NCBI GenBank assembly: GCA_950097015.1
Contig: CATNEN010000038.1
Location: forward strand, 12,028,001-12,092,000
Source: Macrostomum hystrix
Taxonomy: Eukaryota; Animalia; Platyhelminthes
DNA length: 64,000 bases
Direction of reading: 5' to 3'
Shown: in pieces, positions 47,095 to 58,933 of the stretch
Position numbering within the stretch: the stretch's first letter is position 1
Layout of the letters: every line of letters begins with the position of its first letter
Translations under genes and position numbers: made by a program
The notes under the pieces: generated by a model
Seen by the model: the letters and a program-made list of their open reading frames with translations, nothing else
The model's database searches: none
What the model was told of the DNA's origin: nothing

Positions 47095-50000
47095 ATGTCC
47101 AGCCTATGCGCATTCGTTAGCACGACCGCCACGTGCTCTGAGACATGCCTAGCTCAACAGCACAGCAAGGAAAAGCTGCGCTGCCAGTACTGCCATACCG
47201 TCATATGTCGCCGTTTCGCTGACTCAGCCTTCTCTCCTAAGGGATCGGCCAGTAAGGCGGTGTTCGACCTTCTCCTCTCTCGACTCAACGAGGCCTTGGA
47301 CTCAGCCGGCCCGCAGCCCGTCTACAAATGCCCTCTCTGTCCCTCCTCGGACGGCTACTCAGCGCCCTCGCTCTACGAGCAGCTGACAGCCCAGGGACTC
47401 ATGCAGGTGGACCTTCGCGACAAGCGTCCAACGCACTTCAAACGTAGCGGCCTCCAGCACGGCATCCGGGCCTCCGGCTCTGAGGAGGGAGTGGAGAGCG
47501 CCTCCACACCAGAAGCCCGCGACCCAGGCCACGTGAACAACGACGGCGGCAGCCAGCGACGCAACAGCGCCAATCCTGCGACTACATCAGCACAGCCAGC
47601 CTCCCATTCTGCCTGTGCCACTCCGCGGCCCACTACTACAGATCCCGCAGCCGCGCCCGCACACCCTGGCTTCTTCCCACGGTCCAGCCCATCCTACGCA
47701 CCCGGCGCAGCGCCCGCTGTCTCTCAGGACTGCATGCAGCAGCTCCTCTACAGCTTGACACAGATGATGCAACAGAACCAGCAGATCCTGCTGCAGGTCC
47801 AGGCCCAAGCGTGCCAGCCTTCTAACTCATCCGTTCCAACCCAACCGGCTCCACGACCCAACTTCTCGGGCGACAGCGTCCTTCGCAACGTCCAGCTCCA
47901 AACGTTCGACGGCAGCGACCCCGCCAGCTTCCCAGCCTTCTGGAGCTCCTTCAACTACCGAGTCGACAGCACCAGTTACTCGGATGTGGACAAGTTCGAG
48001 ACCCTACGAGGCCTTCTCAAAGATGCTGCGCTCAAGAAGCTCGGTGGCCTCAACGCCTGCCAGCCCGGCGCGTACAAGGAGGCCCGTCGCATCCTCGAGC
48101 TCAACTATGGCGACCTGCAAGAGCAGAAGAGCGTCTGCTACCGTCGTCTCCTCGCCATGCCGCGTCTGCGTAGCATCGAGTACGAGAGCCTGGAGGACTT
48201 CGCCGACGTTCTCCGTCTCACCATCGGACAACTCAGTCGACTAAACGAGCCGGCAGCCGCCATGGACGCCTACGCTTTCGCCTTGTGGCCCAAGCTACCG
48301 AGCGCCATGCAGATGGATATCCAAGAGGCGCGCATCAAGGGTTCCAAGACACCCATGCCCACCATGGCCGAGCTACAGGACCACCTCGACACCAAGCTGC
48401 GAGCGCTCCGAGCCTCCATTGCCACTGCCGAGCCTGCAGCGATCCCGTACGCCGGTGCTAGTCTCGTCAACGCAGCTTGCCATACCAAAGACATCTTCAA
48501 AACTGAGCAACGCAACTCCAGACCTAGCTGGGACCCTCCAGCTCGCGACAACAACAGTCGACTAACTCGCCGACGCGACGCCAATTGCGTTTTCTGCGAC
48601 AGCGACACCCACGCTGCCTCCCACTGTGGTCGCGTGGTCAAGCCAGATGAGCGACTGGACATCGTCCGACGCAAGAAACTCTGCTTCAACTGCCTGCGAG
48701 CGCACGAGGTTCGCAACTGCCCCTCGCGCTTTCGCTGCCAGGAGTGCAAGGCCAAACACCACACTTCCCTGCACGGTGCCAGCACCCTGGAGACTAAGCC
48801 AGCTCACAAGACTGTGTCTACGCGACAGTCCAAAACTAACTCACACCTCAACGCCTCCAGCGGCACGACTGCCATAGCCGATTCCGAAAGTGCGCCTGTC
48901 AATGCCATCTCCTGCATCTCCTCAACCCAGGACCAACAGTTGAGCTCCACCATCATGGCCACCTTCGCCACAGCTGCCGTCAACCCCGTCAACGGTGCCT
49001 CTGTCAAGGTGACAGCCCTCATCGACGGCGGCTGCAGCTACACGTACCTCAACAATGACATTGCTCAACGCCTCGGTCTCAAGTCGCTCGCTAGGCTGAG
49101 CCTCGACAGCTCCGCTTGCCACGCCGACACCCGCCGTCGCATCCATGCCGACATTGTCCGACTTGAGCTCGCTGCGGCCGACGGCCGCCGCATGCCATTG
49201 AAGGTACTCTGCGTGGAGAAGATCGCTCCAGCTATCCACGTACCAGCTACGAAACTGCCCAGGGACGTCCAGGCTAGCCTCGCTCACGTTCCGTATGGTA
49301 TCGCCAACTTACCTCCTGCCAGAGACGAAGAGGTACATCTCGACCTGCTCATCGGCAACGACTACGCCCAGCTGCTGATCGGACCCAGCATCGGCGCCAT
49401 CCCGCTGCGGCCCAGGCTCACGGCCCACCTCACCCCGTTCGGCGCCATACTGAGCGGCTCCCTCGGAGACGACGAGCATCACAGCGGCAACAGCCACCCT
49501 CGCGTCATCGGCAACACTCTGCTCTGTAATAGCCATCCGACGAACCTGGAACAGCTGGTAGACCGGATGACCAGCCTTGAGATCCTTGGCCTGCAGAAGG
49601 ATGTGGGGCGAGTAAACCTTCAGGATGACGCGCTCACCATCCGCCTTCTCGAGAGCGTCACTCGCCAGCCAGATGGACGCTTCTCCGTCGCCCTGCCCTT
49701 CAAGCCTGAGGCAGAGCAGCTACCCACCAACTTCAGCCAAGCCTTTGGACGCGCTCAAGCGACCCACCGCAGACTGACGCTGGCCCAACGCGAGCAATAC
49801 TACGCAGAGTTCAAGAAGAGAAAAGAGGAAGGTGTTATTAAGATCGTGGACGGAGGCAAGCCTGCAGGGTCCATAGTACACGTGCTCCCACACTTTCCAG
49901 TCGTCAAGGAGTCGTCCAACACCACCAAGATCCGGCCAGTAGTGGATGCTTCCGCTCCCACATCACTTGGTGGCCGCTCCCTCAACGACCTGCTGGAAAC

Positions 50001-53000
50001 CGGGCCTAACTTACTCACAAGCCTCCTGCAAGTGCAACTACGTCTCCGCATCTTCCGGTATGCCTGCATCAGCGACCTGCAGTCCGCCTTCTATCAAATC
50101 GCCGTCCACCCTAGCTGTCGTGACGCGCTCCGCATCATTCTGCCGAAAGACATCAGCAAGCCACTGACCCAGGATAACTTCCAACTATGGCGGTTTACCA
50201 GAGTCGTGATGGGAGCCAGCCCGTCTCCATGGATCCTTCTCGCCATCATTCACAAGCTCTGTCTGGACGCCTCCCAATCCTGCAACTTCGGTCTCACAGA
50301 CAATGAGGTGGAGTCGATTCCATCGGGCCTGTACGTGGACAACTTGGTGCAGGGCTACGACGACAAAGGGACAGGCCCTCGCCTGATCAAGGGCCTTCGC
50401 TCGCTGTTCAAGTCTGCCGGATTTCATCTGCGGGAGTTCGCTGCCAATGACTCCGACGCTCTGAAGGAGCTCCCTAGGGAGGACCGAATCTCAAGTCCCT
50501 CCGTTCAGTGCCTTGGCATCTCCTGGGACGTTCAACAGGACACACTGCACTTGAGCAAGCCGGAGATCCCTGCGGACAGCGCCCTCACCCGGTCCAGTCT
50601 CCTCAGCGCGATCTCGAAGCCTTACGACCCGTTCGGCTGCGCGGCTCCGCTTCTCCTCGCCGGACGCCTGCTCTACAATGCCGCCTTCGACTCAGGTGAC
50701 CCGTGGGACAAGCCTGCTGACTCGGACACCATCAAAGCCTGGAGCAAACTCCGAGAGGACTTCATCCAGATTGACCGCATTGCCATACCACGTCGCTGCA
50801 TCGAAGACCGTACCAAGCCCTGTCGTCTTGTCATCTTCAGCGACGGATCACCGCAAGCATATGGCTTCGCCATCTACCTGCAACAGGAACTGAACGGCCA
50901 TACCATCTCCAACCTGATCCATGCCAAGGCCCGTCTCGTCCCGGCCAGGAAGAAGGGTATGTACATCACTGTGCCACGCATCGAACTCTGGGCTGCGCTT
51001 ATCGCCAACCGGACGGCCTCGATCGTCCGCGACATACTGACGCCGGCCGTCAACATTGTCGGTATCACGCACTACATCGATAGCCAAATCGTCCTGTACT
51101 GGCTTCAAAATGGCACCAAGCTTCGCCCCTACGAAGGCCGTCGGGTTCAAGAAATTCGGGACTCGGACCTCACCAGCGACCGCCGTTACGTGCCCACCAA
51201 GGAAAACCCGGCGGACTACTGCACCAAACCACTAGACCTGGCACACCTGCTCAGTTCCAACTTCCTCAAGGGGCCCAGCTTCCTCGAGCTCCCCTTTGAT
51301 GCCTGGCCTTCTTGGACCCCGCCCGCTGTGGACGTCAGCCTCCTAAAAAACACGCCGTCGGCAACAGTTAAACACACCCAATCGAACAATCTTCTTGCCT
51401 TCGCCGCGAAAATCTCTATGACGCCGCCTGCAGGAATGGACATAACACGCTACGGCCGCCTGAGCACTTTGCTTGGTGCCACCGCCTACGTTATACGCTT
51501 CGCCACTCACAGCAAAGCCAAGGGAATCCCAAACACATCCGAGCGCGAAGCGGCTCTTCTCCTCTGGGTCAAGTACGTGCAGGAGCTTCACCATCCAAAG
51601 ACACTAGCAGCCTTTCGTTCCAACAACCCAAAGGCGTGCAAGTTGATTCACCAGCTCGACCTCTTCGAGGACCACGACGGTCTTCTCCGCCTCGGCTCTC
51701 GGATGGCCAACGCCACTCTCAGTGTGGACGCTCTTCACCCGTTCCTGCTTCCGCCAGACAGCCGCCTCAGCCACCTGCTCATCCTACACATTCATCAGCA
51801 GGAAACGCACGCTGCGGCCTCGACTGTCCTTAGTCGTCTACGGGAGCGTTTCTGGGTTCCTCGCGGCCTCTCCACCGTTCGAGCGGCCCTTCGCCACTGT
51901 CTAGACTGCCGGAGCTCCAAGGCGCCTACACTCCCTCGACCACCTCACGGTCAGCTCCCGTCGGAACGCCTGGATTCAAGTCAACCTGCCTTCAGCTCCA
52001 TTCTGGTGGATCAACTCGGACCCATCCATACGTTCGATTCCAAAACCCTCATCGTTGTCAAGCGCTGGGCCCTCGTGATCTGCTGCGCCGCAAGCCGAGC
52101 CGTCCACCTCGAGTACCTGTACGACTACTCCGCTGATGCGGTTCTCCACGCCTTCGAGCGCTTCTGGGCCAGACGCGGATTGACTGAAGGCACCATCTTC
52201 CTCGATCAGGCCACCGCCTTTCAAGCAGCTGCGCGAGTCGTCGATGGCCTCCTCGCACCAGCCTTCCAGCACAAGCTCTATCAAGATCTTCAGCCATTCG
52301 CCGCCTTTAGAAAGCTGCGGTTCAGATTCGCTCCAGTTCGATCGCCATGGCACCAAGGAGCGGTGGAGCGTCTGGTTGGCCTCACGAAGGCGAGCTTGCG
52401 ACCCGCCCTCTGGCGGCGACGGATTACCGATGACGAGCTACGGACGCTGCTGTGCAAAGTGGAGGCCGTCCTCAACTCGCGCCCGTTGACGGCCCTCAGC
52501 AGCGACCCCAAGGACCCAAGGCCTTTGACTCCCACCGACATCGTTGCCCCCAGCCCTCGGCTAGATCTTCCAGCCGCAACCGACCACTTTATCCCGGCTC
52601 CCGGACAGCCACCTGCGGAGTGGCTCCGCGCGCTCTACCGCCGTCGGGAGCAGATCATCGACAGCTTCTGGGAGAGGTGGCGCCGCGAATACATTCAGCA
52701 CCTGCGGTCCACCCACCTGCAAGAGCGGCGGCGAACTGGCTGCGCCCCCGAAGGGCCTCGCGTCGGACAGCTCATGCTGCTGGCCGACACCACGCCGCGC
52801 TCTTGCTGGAAGACCTGCCGCGTCCTGGCCGTGCATCCTGACTCCGCTGGTGTTGTCCGCTACGTTACAGTTATCACCAGCACGGGTCACGAATCTCAGC
52901 GTGCCATCAGCCACCTCGTACCGCTGGAGGCTGATATGGCGCCTACATGTACATCAGAGAATGACGGGGCCGGCTCGAAAGACCAGCAGCCGCTTACACC

Positions 53001-53124
53001 GCCGCATGTACGTGACAACACCATGAGCACTGTGGGTGCCACAGCCCCGACGATGGCATCAGCTCGTGAACTGCGTGCTCAGCGGCGACAACAAGTGCGG
53101 GACGCACTGTTCAACATCGCGTGA
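47095..53124 (+). CDS. BEL/Pao Gag-Pol polyprotein (2009 aa): Cys-rich N-terminus, Gag with three zinc knuckles, aspartic protease, RT, RNase H, integrase
   Basis: CVFCDSDTHAASHC, CFNCLRAHEVRNC, CQECKAKHHTSLH; LIDGG protease; TTKIRPVVDAS..SLNDLLETGP, DLQSAFYQI, YVDN; IFSDGS, TVPRIEL, ENPAD; HHCC and D-D-E (DQLGP, LDQA, ERLV); FWERWRREY. Confidence 0.97.
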   Translation: MSSLCAFVSTTATCSETCLAQQHSKEKLRCQYCHTVICRRFADSAFSPKGSASKAVFDLLLSRLNEALDSAGPQPVYKCPLCPSSDGYSAPSLYEQLTAQGLMQVDLRDKRPTHFKRSGLQHGIRASGSEEGVESASTPEARDPGHVNNDGGSQRRNSANPATTSAQPASHSACATPRPTTTDPAAAPAHPGFFPRSSPSYAPGAAPAVSQDCMQQLLYSLTQMMQQNQQILLQVQAQACQPSNSSVPTQPAPRPNFSGDSVLRNVQLQTFDGSDPASFPAFWSSFNYRVDSTSYSDVDKFETLRGLLKDAALKKLGGLNACQPGAYKEARRILELNYGDLQEQKSVCYRRLLAMPRLRSIEYESLEDFADVLRLTIGQLSRLNEPAAAMDAYAFALWPKLPSAMQMDIQEARIKGSKTPMPTMAELQDHLDTKLRALRASIATAEPAAIPYAGASLVNAACHTKDIFKTEQRNSRPSWDPPARDNNSRLTRRRDANCVFCDSDTHAASHCGRVVKPDERLDIVRRKKLCFNCLRAHEVRNCPSRFRCQECKAKHHTSLHGASTLETKPAHKTVSTRQSKTNSHLNASSGTTAIADSESAPVNAISCISSTQDQQLSSTIMATFATAAVNPVNGASVKVTALIDGGCSYTYLNNDIAQRLGLKSLARLSLDSSACHADTRRRIHADIVRLELAAADGRRMPLKVLCVEKIAPAIHVPATKLPRDVQASLAHVPYGIANLPPARDEEVHLDLLIGNDYAQLLIGPSIGAIPLRPRLTAHLTPFGAILSGSLGDDEHHSGNSHPRVIGNTLLCNSHPTNLEQLVDRMTSLEILGLQKDVGRVNLQDDALTIRLLESVTRQPDGRFSVALPFKPEAEQLPTNFSQAFGRAQATHRRLTLAQREQYYAEFKKRKEEGVIKIVDGGKPAGSIVHVLPHFPVVKESSNTTKIRPVVDASAPTSLGGRSLNDLLETGPNLLTSLLQVQLRLRIFRYACISDLQSAFYQIAVHPSCRDALRIILPKDISKPLTQDNFQLWRFTRVVMGASPSPWILLAIIHKLCLDASQSCNFGLTDNEVESIPSGLYVDNLVQGYDDKGTGPRLIKGLRSLFKSAGFHLREFAANDSDALKELPREDRISSPSVQCLGISWDVQQDTLHLSKPEIPADSALTRSSLLSAISKPYDPFGCAAPLLLAGRLLYNAAFDSGDPWDKPADSDTIKAWSKLREDFIQIDRIAIPRRCIEDRTKPCRLVIFSDGSPQAYGFAIYLQQELNGHTISNLIHAKARLVPARKKGMYITVPRIELWAALIANRTASIVRDILTPAVNIVGITHYIDSQIVLYWLQNGTKLRPYEGRRVQEIRDSDLTSDRRYVPTKENPADYCTKPLDLAHLLSSNFLKGPSFLELPFDAWPSWTPPAVDVSLLKNTPSATVKHTQSNNLLAFAAKISMTPPAGMDITRYGRLSTLLGATAYVIRFATHSKAKGIPNTSEREAALLLWVKYVQELHHPKTLAAFRSNNPKACKLIHQLDLFEDHDGLLRLGSRMANATLSVDALHPFLLPPDSRLSHLLILHIHQQETHAAASTVLSRLRERFWVPRGLSTVRAALRHCLDCRSSKAPTLPRPPHGQLPSERLDSSQPAFSSILVDQLGPIHTFDSKTLIVVKRWALVICCAASRAVHLEYLYDYSADAVLHAFERFWARRGLTEGTIFLDQATAFQAAARVVDGLLAPAFQHKLYQDLQPFAAFRKLRFRFAPVRSPWHQGAVERLVGLTKASLRPALWRRRITDDELRTLLCKVEAVLNSRPLTALSSDPKDPRPLTPTDIVAPSPRLDLPAATDHFIPAPGQPPAEWLRALYRRREQIIDSFWERWRREYIQHLRSTHLQERRRTGCAPEGPRVGQLMLLADTTPRSCWKTCRVLAVHPDSAGVVRYVTVITSTGHESQRAISHLVPLEADMAPTCTSENDGAGSKDQQPLTPPHVRDNTMSTVGATAPTMASARELRAQRRQQVRDALFNIA

Positions 53125-53291
53125 CTTCCTTGACTAGCACATAGCAGTTGAACTTACAACAATTCCGGACAATTGTCTTACTGTCTAATCAATGTTAGTT
53201 GATCCACATCAACAATTCTGTTCATCGCTCCGCCCCCAGCCCCTGTCGAATTCCCGAATCCTCCAACTGTTAATCGTTCTGCCCCCCAGCC

Positions 53292-53545
53292 TGTCGGATT
53301 CCCGAATCCTCCATATGCTATTACAAAGTACGCAATCTTTATATATTCATATATATTCATTTGCATTAGTCTGCCCCAATTCTCGTTCACTACGTTTGAA
53401 CCATAGACAAACTCCAAGCTTCCACTGTACTCTATAACTCGTATTATCAATAAAGCAAGCGCGGGGCTTTGCCCCAAAAGAGAAACTTTCTACCTTACCA
53501 CAGCAGCAGCAGCATATCCGTTTATATTATTGTCACTGCCTGACA
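53292..53545 (+). repeat. 3' LTR
   Basis: Matches the 5' LTR; followed by TSD AATGG. Confidence 0.95.
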
Positions 53546-53699
53546 AATGGTCTAGGGGAAGAATGGTCTAGGGGAAGAATGGTCTAGGGGAAGAATGGTC
53601 TAGGGGAAGAATGGGGGAGTGGGTAAAATGTGAGGGGTAGAATGAGAAAGGGGTGGAATGGGAGACGGGTAGATTGGTGGAGGGTAGAATGTCAGATGG

Positions 53700-56145
53700 T
53701 GGGATGAGAGGGGTAGAATAGGAGACGGTAGGATGAGAGAGGTAGAATGGCAGACAGTAGGATGAGGGGGGTAGAATGGCAGACAGTAGGATGAGAGGGG
53801 TAGAATGGCAGACGGCAGGATGAGAGGGGTAGAATGGCAGACGGTAGGATGAGGGGGGTAGAATGGCAGACAGTAGGATGAGAGGGGTAGAATGGCAGAC
53901 GGTAGGATGAGAGAGGTAGAATGGCAGACAGTAGGATGAGGGGGGTAGAATGGCAGACAGTAGGATGAGAGGGGTAGAATGGCAGACGGCAGGATGAGAG
54001 GGGTAGAATGGCAGACGGTAGGATGAGGGGGGTAGAATGACAGACAGTAGGATGAGAGGGGTAGAATGGCAGACGGTAGGATGAGAGAGGTAGAATGGCA
54101 GACAGTAGGATGAGGGGGGTAGAATGGCAGACAGTAGGATGAGAGAGGTAGAATGGCAGACAGTAGGATGAGGGGGGTAGAATGGCAGACAGTAGGATGA
54201 GAGGGGTAGAATGGCAGACAGTAGGATGAGAGGGGTAGAATGGCAGACAGTAGGATGAGAGGGGTAGAATGGCAGACGGTAGGATGAGGGGGGTAGAATG
54301 GCAGACAGTAGGATGAGAGAGGTAGAATGGCAGACAGTAGGATGAGGGGGGTAGAATGGCAGACAGTAGGATGAGAGGGGTAGAATGGCAGACAGTAGGA
54401 TGAGAGGGGTAGAATGGCAGACGGCAGGATGAGAGGGGTAGAATGGCAGACAGTAGGATGAGAGGGGTAGAATGGCAGACGGCAGGATGAGAGGGGTAGA
54501 ATGGCAGACGGTAGGATGAGGGGGGTAGAATGGCAGACAGTAGGATGAGAGGGGTAGAATGGCAGACAGTAGGATGAGAGGGGTAGAATGGCAGACGGTA
54601 GGATGAGAGAGGTAGAATGGCAGACAGTAGGATGAGGGGGGTAGAATGGCAGACAGTAGGATGAGAGAGGTAGAATGGCAGACAGTAGGATGAGGGGGGT
54701 AGAATGGCAGACAGTAGGATGAGAGGGGTAGAATGGCAGACAGTAGGATGAGAGGGGTAGAATGGCAGACGGTAGGATGAGGGGGGTAGAATGGCAGACA
54801 GTAGGATGAGAGAGGTAGAATGGCAGACAGTAGGATGAGGGGGGTAGAATGGCAGACAGTAGGATGAGAGGGGTAGAATGGCAGACAGTAGGATGAGAGG
54901 GGTAGAATGGCAGACGGCAGGATGAGAGGGGTAGAATGGCAGACAGTAGGATGAGAGGGGTAGAATGGCAGACGGCAGGATGAGAGGGGTAGAATGGCAG
55001 ACGGTAGGATGAGGGGGGTAGAATGGCAGACAGTAGGATGAGAGGGGTAGAATGGCAGACAGTAGGATGAGAGGGGTAGAATGGCAGACGGTAGGATGAG
55101 AGAGGTAGAATGGCAGACAGTAGGATGAGGGGGGTAGAATGGCAGACAGTAGGATGAGAGAGGTAGAATGGCAGACAGTAGGATGAGGGGGGTAGAATGG
55201 CAGACAGTAGGATGAGAGGGGTAGAATGGCAGACAGTAGGATGAGAGGGGTAGAATGGCAGACGGTAGGATGAGGGGGGTAGAATGGCAGACAGTAGGAT
55301 GAGAGAGGTAGAATGGCAGACAGTAGGATGAGGGGGGTAGAATGGCAGACAGTAGGATGAGAGGGGTAGAATGGCAGACAGTAGGATGAGAGGGGTAGAA
55401 TGGCAGACAGTAGGATGAGAGGGGTAGAATGGCAGACGGTAGGATGAGAGAGGTAGAATGGCAGACAGTAGGATGAGGGGGGTAGAATGGCAGACAGTAG
55501 GATGAGAGAGGTAGAATGGCAGACAGTAGGATGAGGGGGGTAGAATGGCAGACAGTAGGATTAGAGGGGTAGAATGGCAGACAGTAGGATGAGAGGGGTA
55601 GAATGGCAGACAGTAGGATGAGAGGGGTAGAATGGCAGACGGTAGGATGAGGGGGGTAGAATGGCAGACAGTAGGATGAGAGAGGTAGAATGGCAGACAG
55701 TAGGATGAGGGGGGTAGAATGGCAGACAGTAGGATGAGAGGGGTAGAATGGCAGACAGTAGGATGAGAGGGGTAGAATGGCAGACAGTAGGATGAGAGGG
55801 GTAGAATGGCAGACAGTAGGATGAGAGGGGTAGAATGGCAGACAGTAGGATGAGAGGGGTAGAATGGCAGACAGTAGGATGAGAGGGGTAGAATGGCAGA
55901 CAGTAGGATGAGAGGGGTAGAATGGCAGACAGTAGGATGAGAGGGGTAGAATGGCAGACAGTAGGATGAGAGGGGTAGAATGGCAGACAGTAGGATGAGA
56001 GGGGTAGAATGGCAGACAGTAGGATGAGAGGGGTAGAATGGCAGACAGTAGGATGAGAGGGGTAGAATGGCAGACAGTAGGATGAGAGGGGTAGAATGGC
56101 AGACAGTAGGATGAGAGGGGTAGAATGGCAGACAGTAGGATGATG
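53700..56145. repeat. 29-bp purine-rich satellite (gtaggatgagaggggtagaatggcagaca), ~84 copies
   Basis: Seen directly; the 907-aa and 874-aa minus-strand ORFs are artefacts. Confidence 0.97.
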
Positions 56146-56775
56146 GGGCTTGAGTTGGAGAGTTTGAGTAAGGCAGTGAAGAAGGACGAGAAGATACGTA
56201 GGAACAGTGACACAGGAGACACAATTGGTAGTTTAGCAGTGCTACTAGTCATATTTCTCAGTGGAGCATTGCTCATTTTAGCAATATCCAAGCACTAGAA
56301 ATGCTCTTCACAAAAATTGGTGGATAGGTGGCAACAATTGCGAGAGTAACGTAGGAAATCCAACCGCAGGTACCATTGCCAGTGAGGCAATAAAAAATGC
56401 ACAGCTTCGGCTGTAGGCTTTGCGGGGAAGAGATTGGGGGTGAGGCAGCCCAGATGATTGATGAGCTGATATATCTGTTCGGGAGGTGCCGAGTGTTGGA
56501 GACAGGAGACGGGAATATTAAGGATTATTTGTGTAGCCAGCTAAAACCCGTCGCTTCCTCTCTCTGAATTCTCTTTCTAGGACTAAAAATCCTTCCTAAA
56601 ATCCCAAAAAGCGAAACGGCTCTTCTGCCTTTCTGCCTGATGTGTCCTCTGCGGCAGCTTCGTCAATATTGCCCCTCCCAGAACTGTGTCTCCACACCCT
56701 GTCCCATTGTTGTGATAGCCAGTTTTCTGCAACTAATATTGACACTGCAGCGACAGGTTGTGCTAGGAAATATCA

Positions 56776-57390
56776 GGAGTGGATTGATGGATGGGAGGTG
56801 GAGTGGATTGATAGATGGAAGGTGGAGTGGATTGATGGATTGGAGGTGGAGTGGATTTATAGATGGAATGTGGAATAGATTGATAGATGGAAGGTGGAGT
56901 GGATTGATAGATCGAAGGTGGAGTGGATTGATAGATGGAAGGTGGAGTGGATTGATGGATGGGAGGTGGAATGGATTGATGGATGGGAGGTGGAATGGAT
57001 TGATGGATGGGAGGTGGAGTGGATTAATAGATGGGAGGTGGAATGGATTGATAGATGTGGAGTGGATTGATGGATGGGAGATGGAATGGATTGATGGATG
57101 GGAGGTGGAATGGATTGATGGATGGAAGGTGGAATGGATTGATGGATGGGAGGTGGAATGGATTGATGGATGGGAGGTGGAATGGATTGATGGATGGGAG
57201 GTGGAGTGGATTGATAGATGAAAGGTGGAGTAGATTGATAGATGTGGAGTGGATTGATGGATGGGAGATGGAATGGATTGATGGATGGGAGGTGGAATGG
57301 ATTGATGGATGGGAGATGGAATGGATTGATGGATGTGTTAGATTGATGGATATGGAGTGGATTGACGGGTGGGAATAGGAATGGATTGGC
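56776..57390. repeat. 24-bp-based minisatellite (ggattgatggatgggaggtggaat)
   Basis: Seen directly. Confidence 0.92.
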
Positions 57391-57894
57391 ATCATGAGGA
57401 TATTTAGGGACTAAATGCCCTAGGTGGCTACATGGTGTACTCGAAGCAGCTTTGAGTTCCGCAAGTTTCTGAGAACTCTTTGGCTGCTCTAAGCACTTTC
57501 ATCAATAACACTTGCACTTGTCGGCAGAATTAATCCCAGAAAACTGACGCGGCACTCAGTGATATTAAAATTATGTTTATGATTGCGGGTTCCAGTCTAG
57601 CCTCCAAGTTTCTTCAACAAAATAATAATGAAAGCGATTTCTAAGCACATCAGAGCTCTCAATTGCCTGACTGATGGTTCTGAACAATGTCCTCAGTGCC
57701 TCAGTTGCCTCAGTTGCCGACTGCTTACACAGCAAACACAGCTGCCACGATTCAACCAGCCGATGCCGCCGAGATGAGGATTCAAGATGGCGCAGCTCGG
57801 CTAGTTGAAGTGCCTGGAGAGAAACGACGTCTTCAAGAACACCTGGGCGGTGTTCGCTTTCAAAGGTGACTTTAAATATTATTGGTGTAGTGGA

Positions 57895-58355
57895 TGCTTT
57901 GAGCACAGCTTTGAGTATAGGTTCCAGTATAGCTTGGAGCACAGCTCTGAGTATAGATTAATTTATAGCTTTGAGTACAGCTTAGTTCACAGCTTTGAGT
58001 ACAGCTTAGTTTATAGCTTTGAGTACAGCTTAGTTTATAGCTTTGAGTACAGCTAAGTTTATAGCTTTGAGTACAGCTTAGTTCACAGCTTTGAGTACAG
58101 CTTAGTTTATAGCTTTGAGTACAGCTTAGTTTATAGCTTTGAGTACAGCTTAGTTTATAGCTTTGAGTACAGCTTAGTTCACAGCTTTGAGTACAGCTTA
58201 GTTTATAGCTTTGAGCACAGCTAAGTTTATAGCTTTGAGTACAGCTTTGTTCACAGCTTTGAGTACAGCTAAGTTTATAGCTTTGAGCACAGCTAAGTTT
58301 ATAGCTTTGAGTACAGCTTTGTTCACAGCTTTGAGTACAGCTTAGATTATAGCTT
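57895..58355. repeat. 24-bp minisatellite (tagctttgagtacagcttagttta)
   Basis: Seen directly. Confidence 0.92.
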
Positions 58356-58667
58356 ACGATCAGAAAAATTTGAAATGGAATCGGAAAAGCTAAAGGTTTT
58401 GCAGTATTCATTTAAAAAACTTAAAGAAGTAAGACTTTATAATTTGATGTTAAAGTACAGCTATATTAAAGTGCACTGAACTTTACAGTTTCTCTGCTCG
58501 ACTGTCTGCCATTCGTTCAGTGTGCAATCTTCTAAGAAGCAGATTTTTTATCTTTCAGGAAAAGTTTTCAGGTAATTTTTTTCTGGTTGCTATGGTTACT
58601 GACGACAGAGTCGACCCGCCGCCAGCGAGGAGGCAATTATGCTCATTTTGCTAAACCTCAAATTGCA

Positions 58668-58818
58668 TACACTCACACCTGTACACACTCACACCTGTAC
58701 ACACTCACACCTGTACACACTCACACCTGTACACACTCACACCTGTACACACTCACACCTGTACACACTCACACCTGGACACACTCACACCTGTACACAC
58801 TCACACCTGTACACACTC
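58668..58818. repeat. 16-bp minisatellite (acacactcacacctgt)
   Basis: About 9 copies. Confidence 0.92.
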
Positions 58819-58933
58819 CCACTTGTTGTTGCATGCATTGTTTAGAGCTCAAGCTAGTGAAGATTATTTTTAATTTTCCAGTCAAATATTTAGTTAAGAA
58901 TATTTCTCATTTCGCAGAATCAGCTCAGCTTCA

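Larger units (their letters stand above)
46782..53545 (+). mobile_element. Full-length BEL/Pao LTR retrotransposon (6764 bp)
   Basis: 254-bp LTRs TGTC...GACA with no differences seen; 5-bp TSD AATGG; PBS; single gag-pol ORF. Confidence 0.97.

Noticed and set aside
53568-56291. 907-aa and 874-aa ORFs (likewise ORFs at 11823, 38073, 42964, 56640 and 62401)
   Set aside because: Stop-free translations of tandem repeats.
56150-56540. Possible LINE C-terminal zinc-knuckle remnant (CRLCGEE..LFGRC)
   Set aside because: Too short and degenerate; no tail or TSD.
57640-57865. GC-rich patch faintly resembling a RecQ-type helicase fragment
   Set aside because: No intact motif in any single frame.
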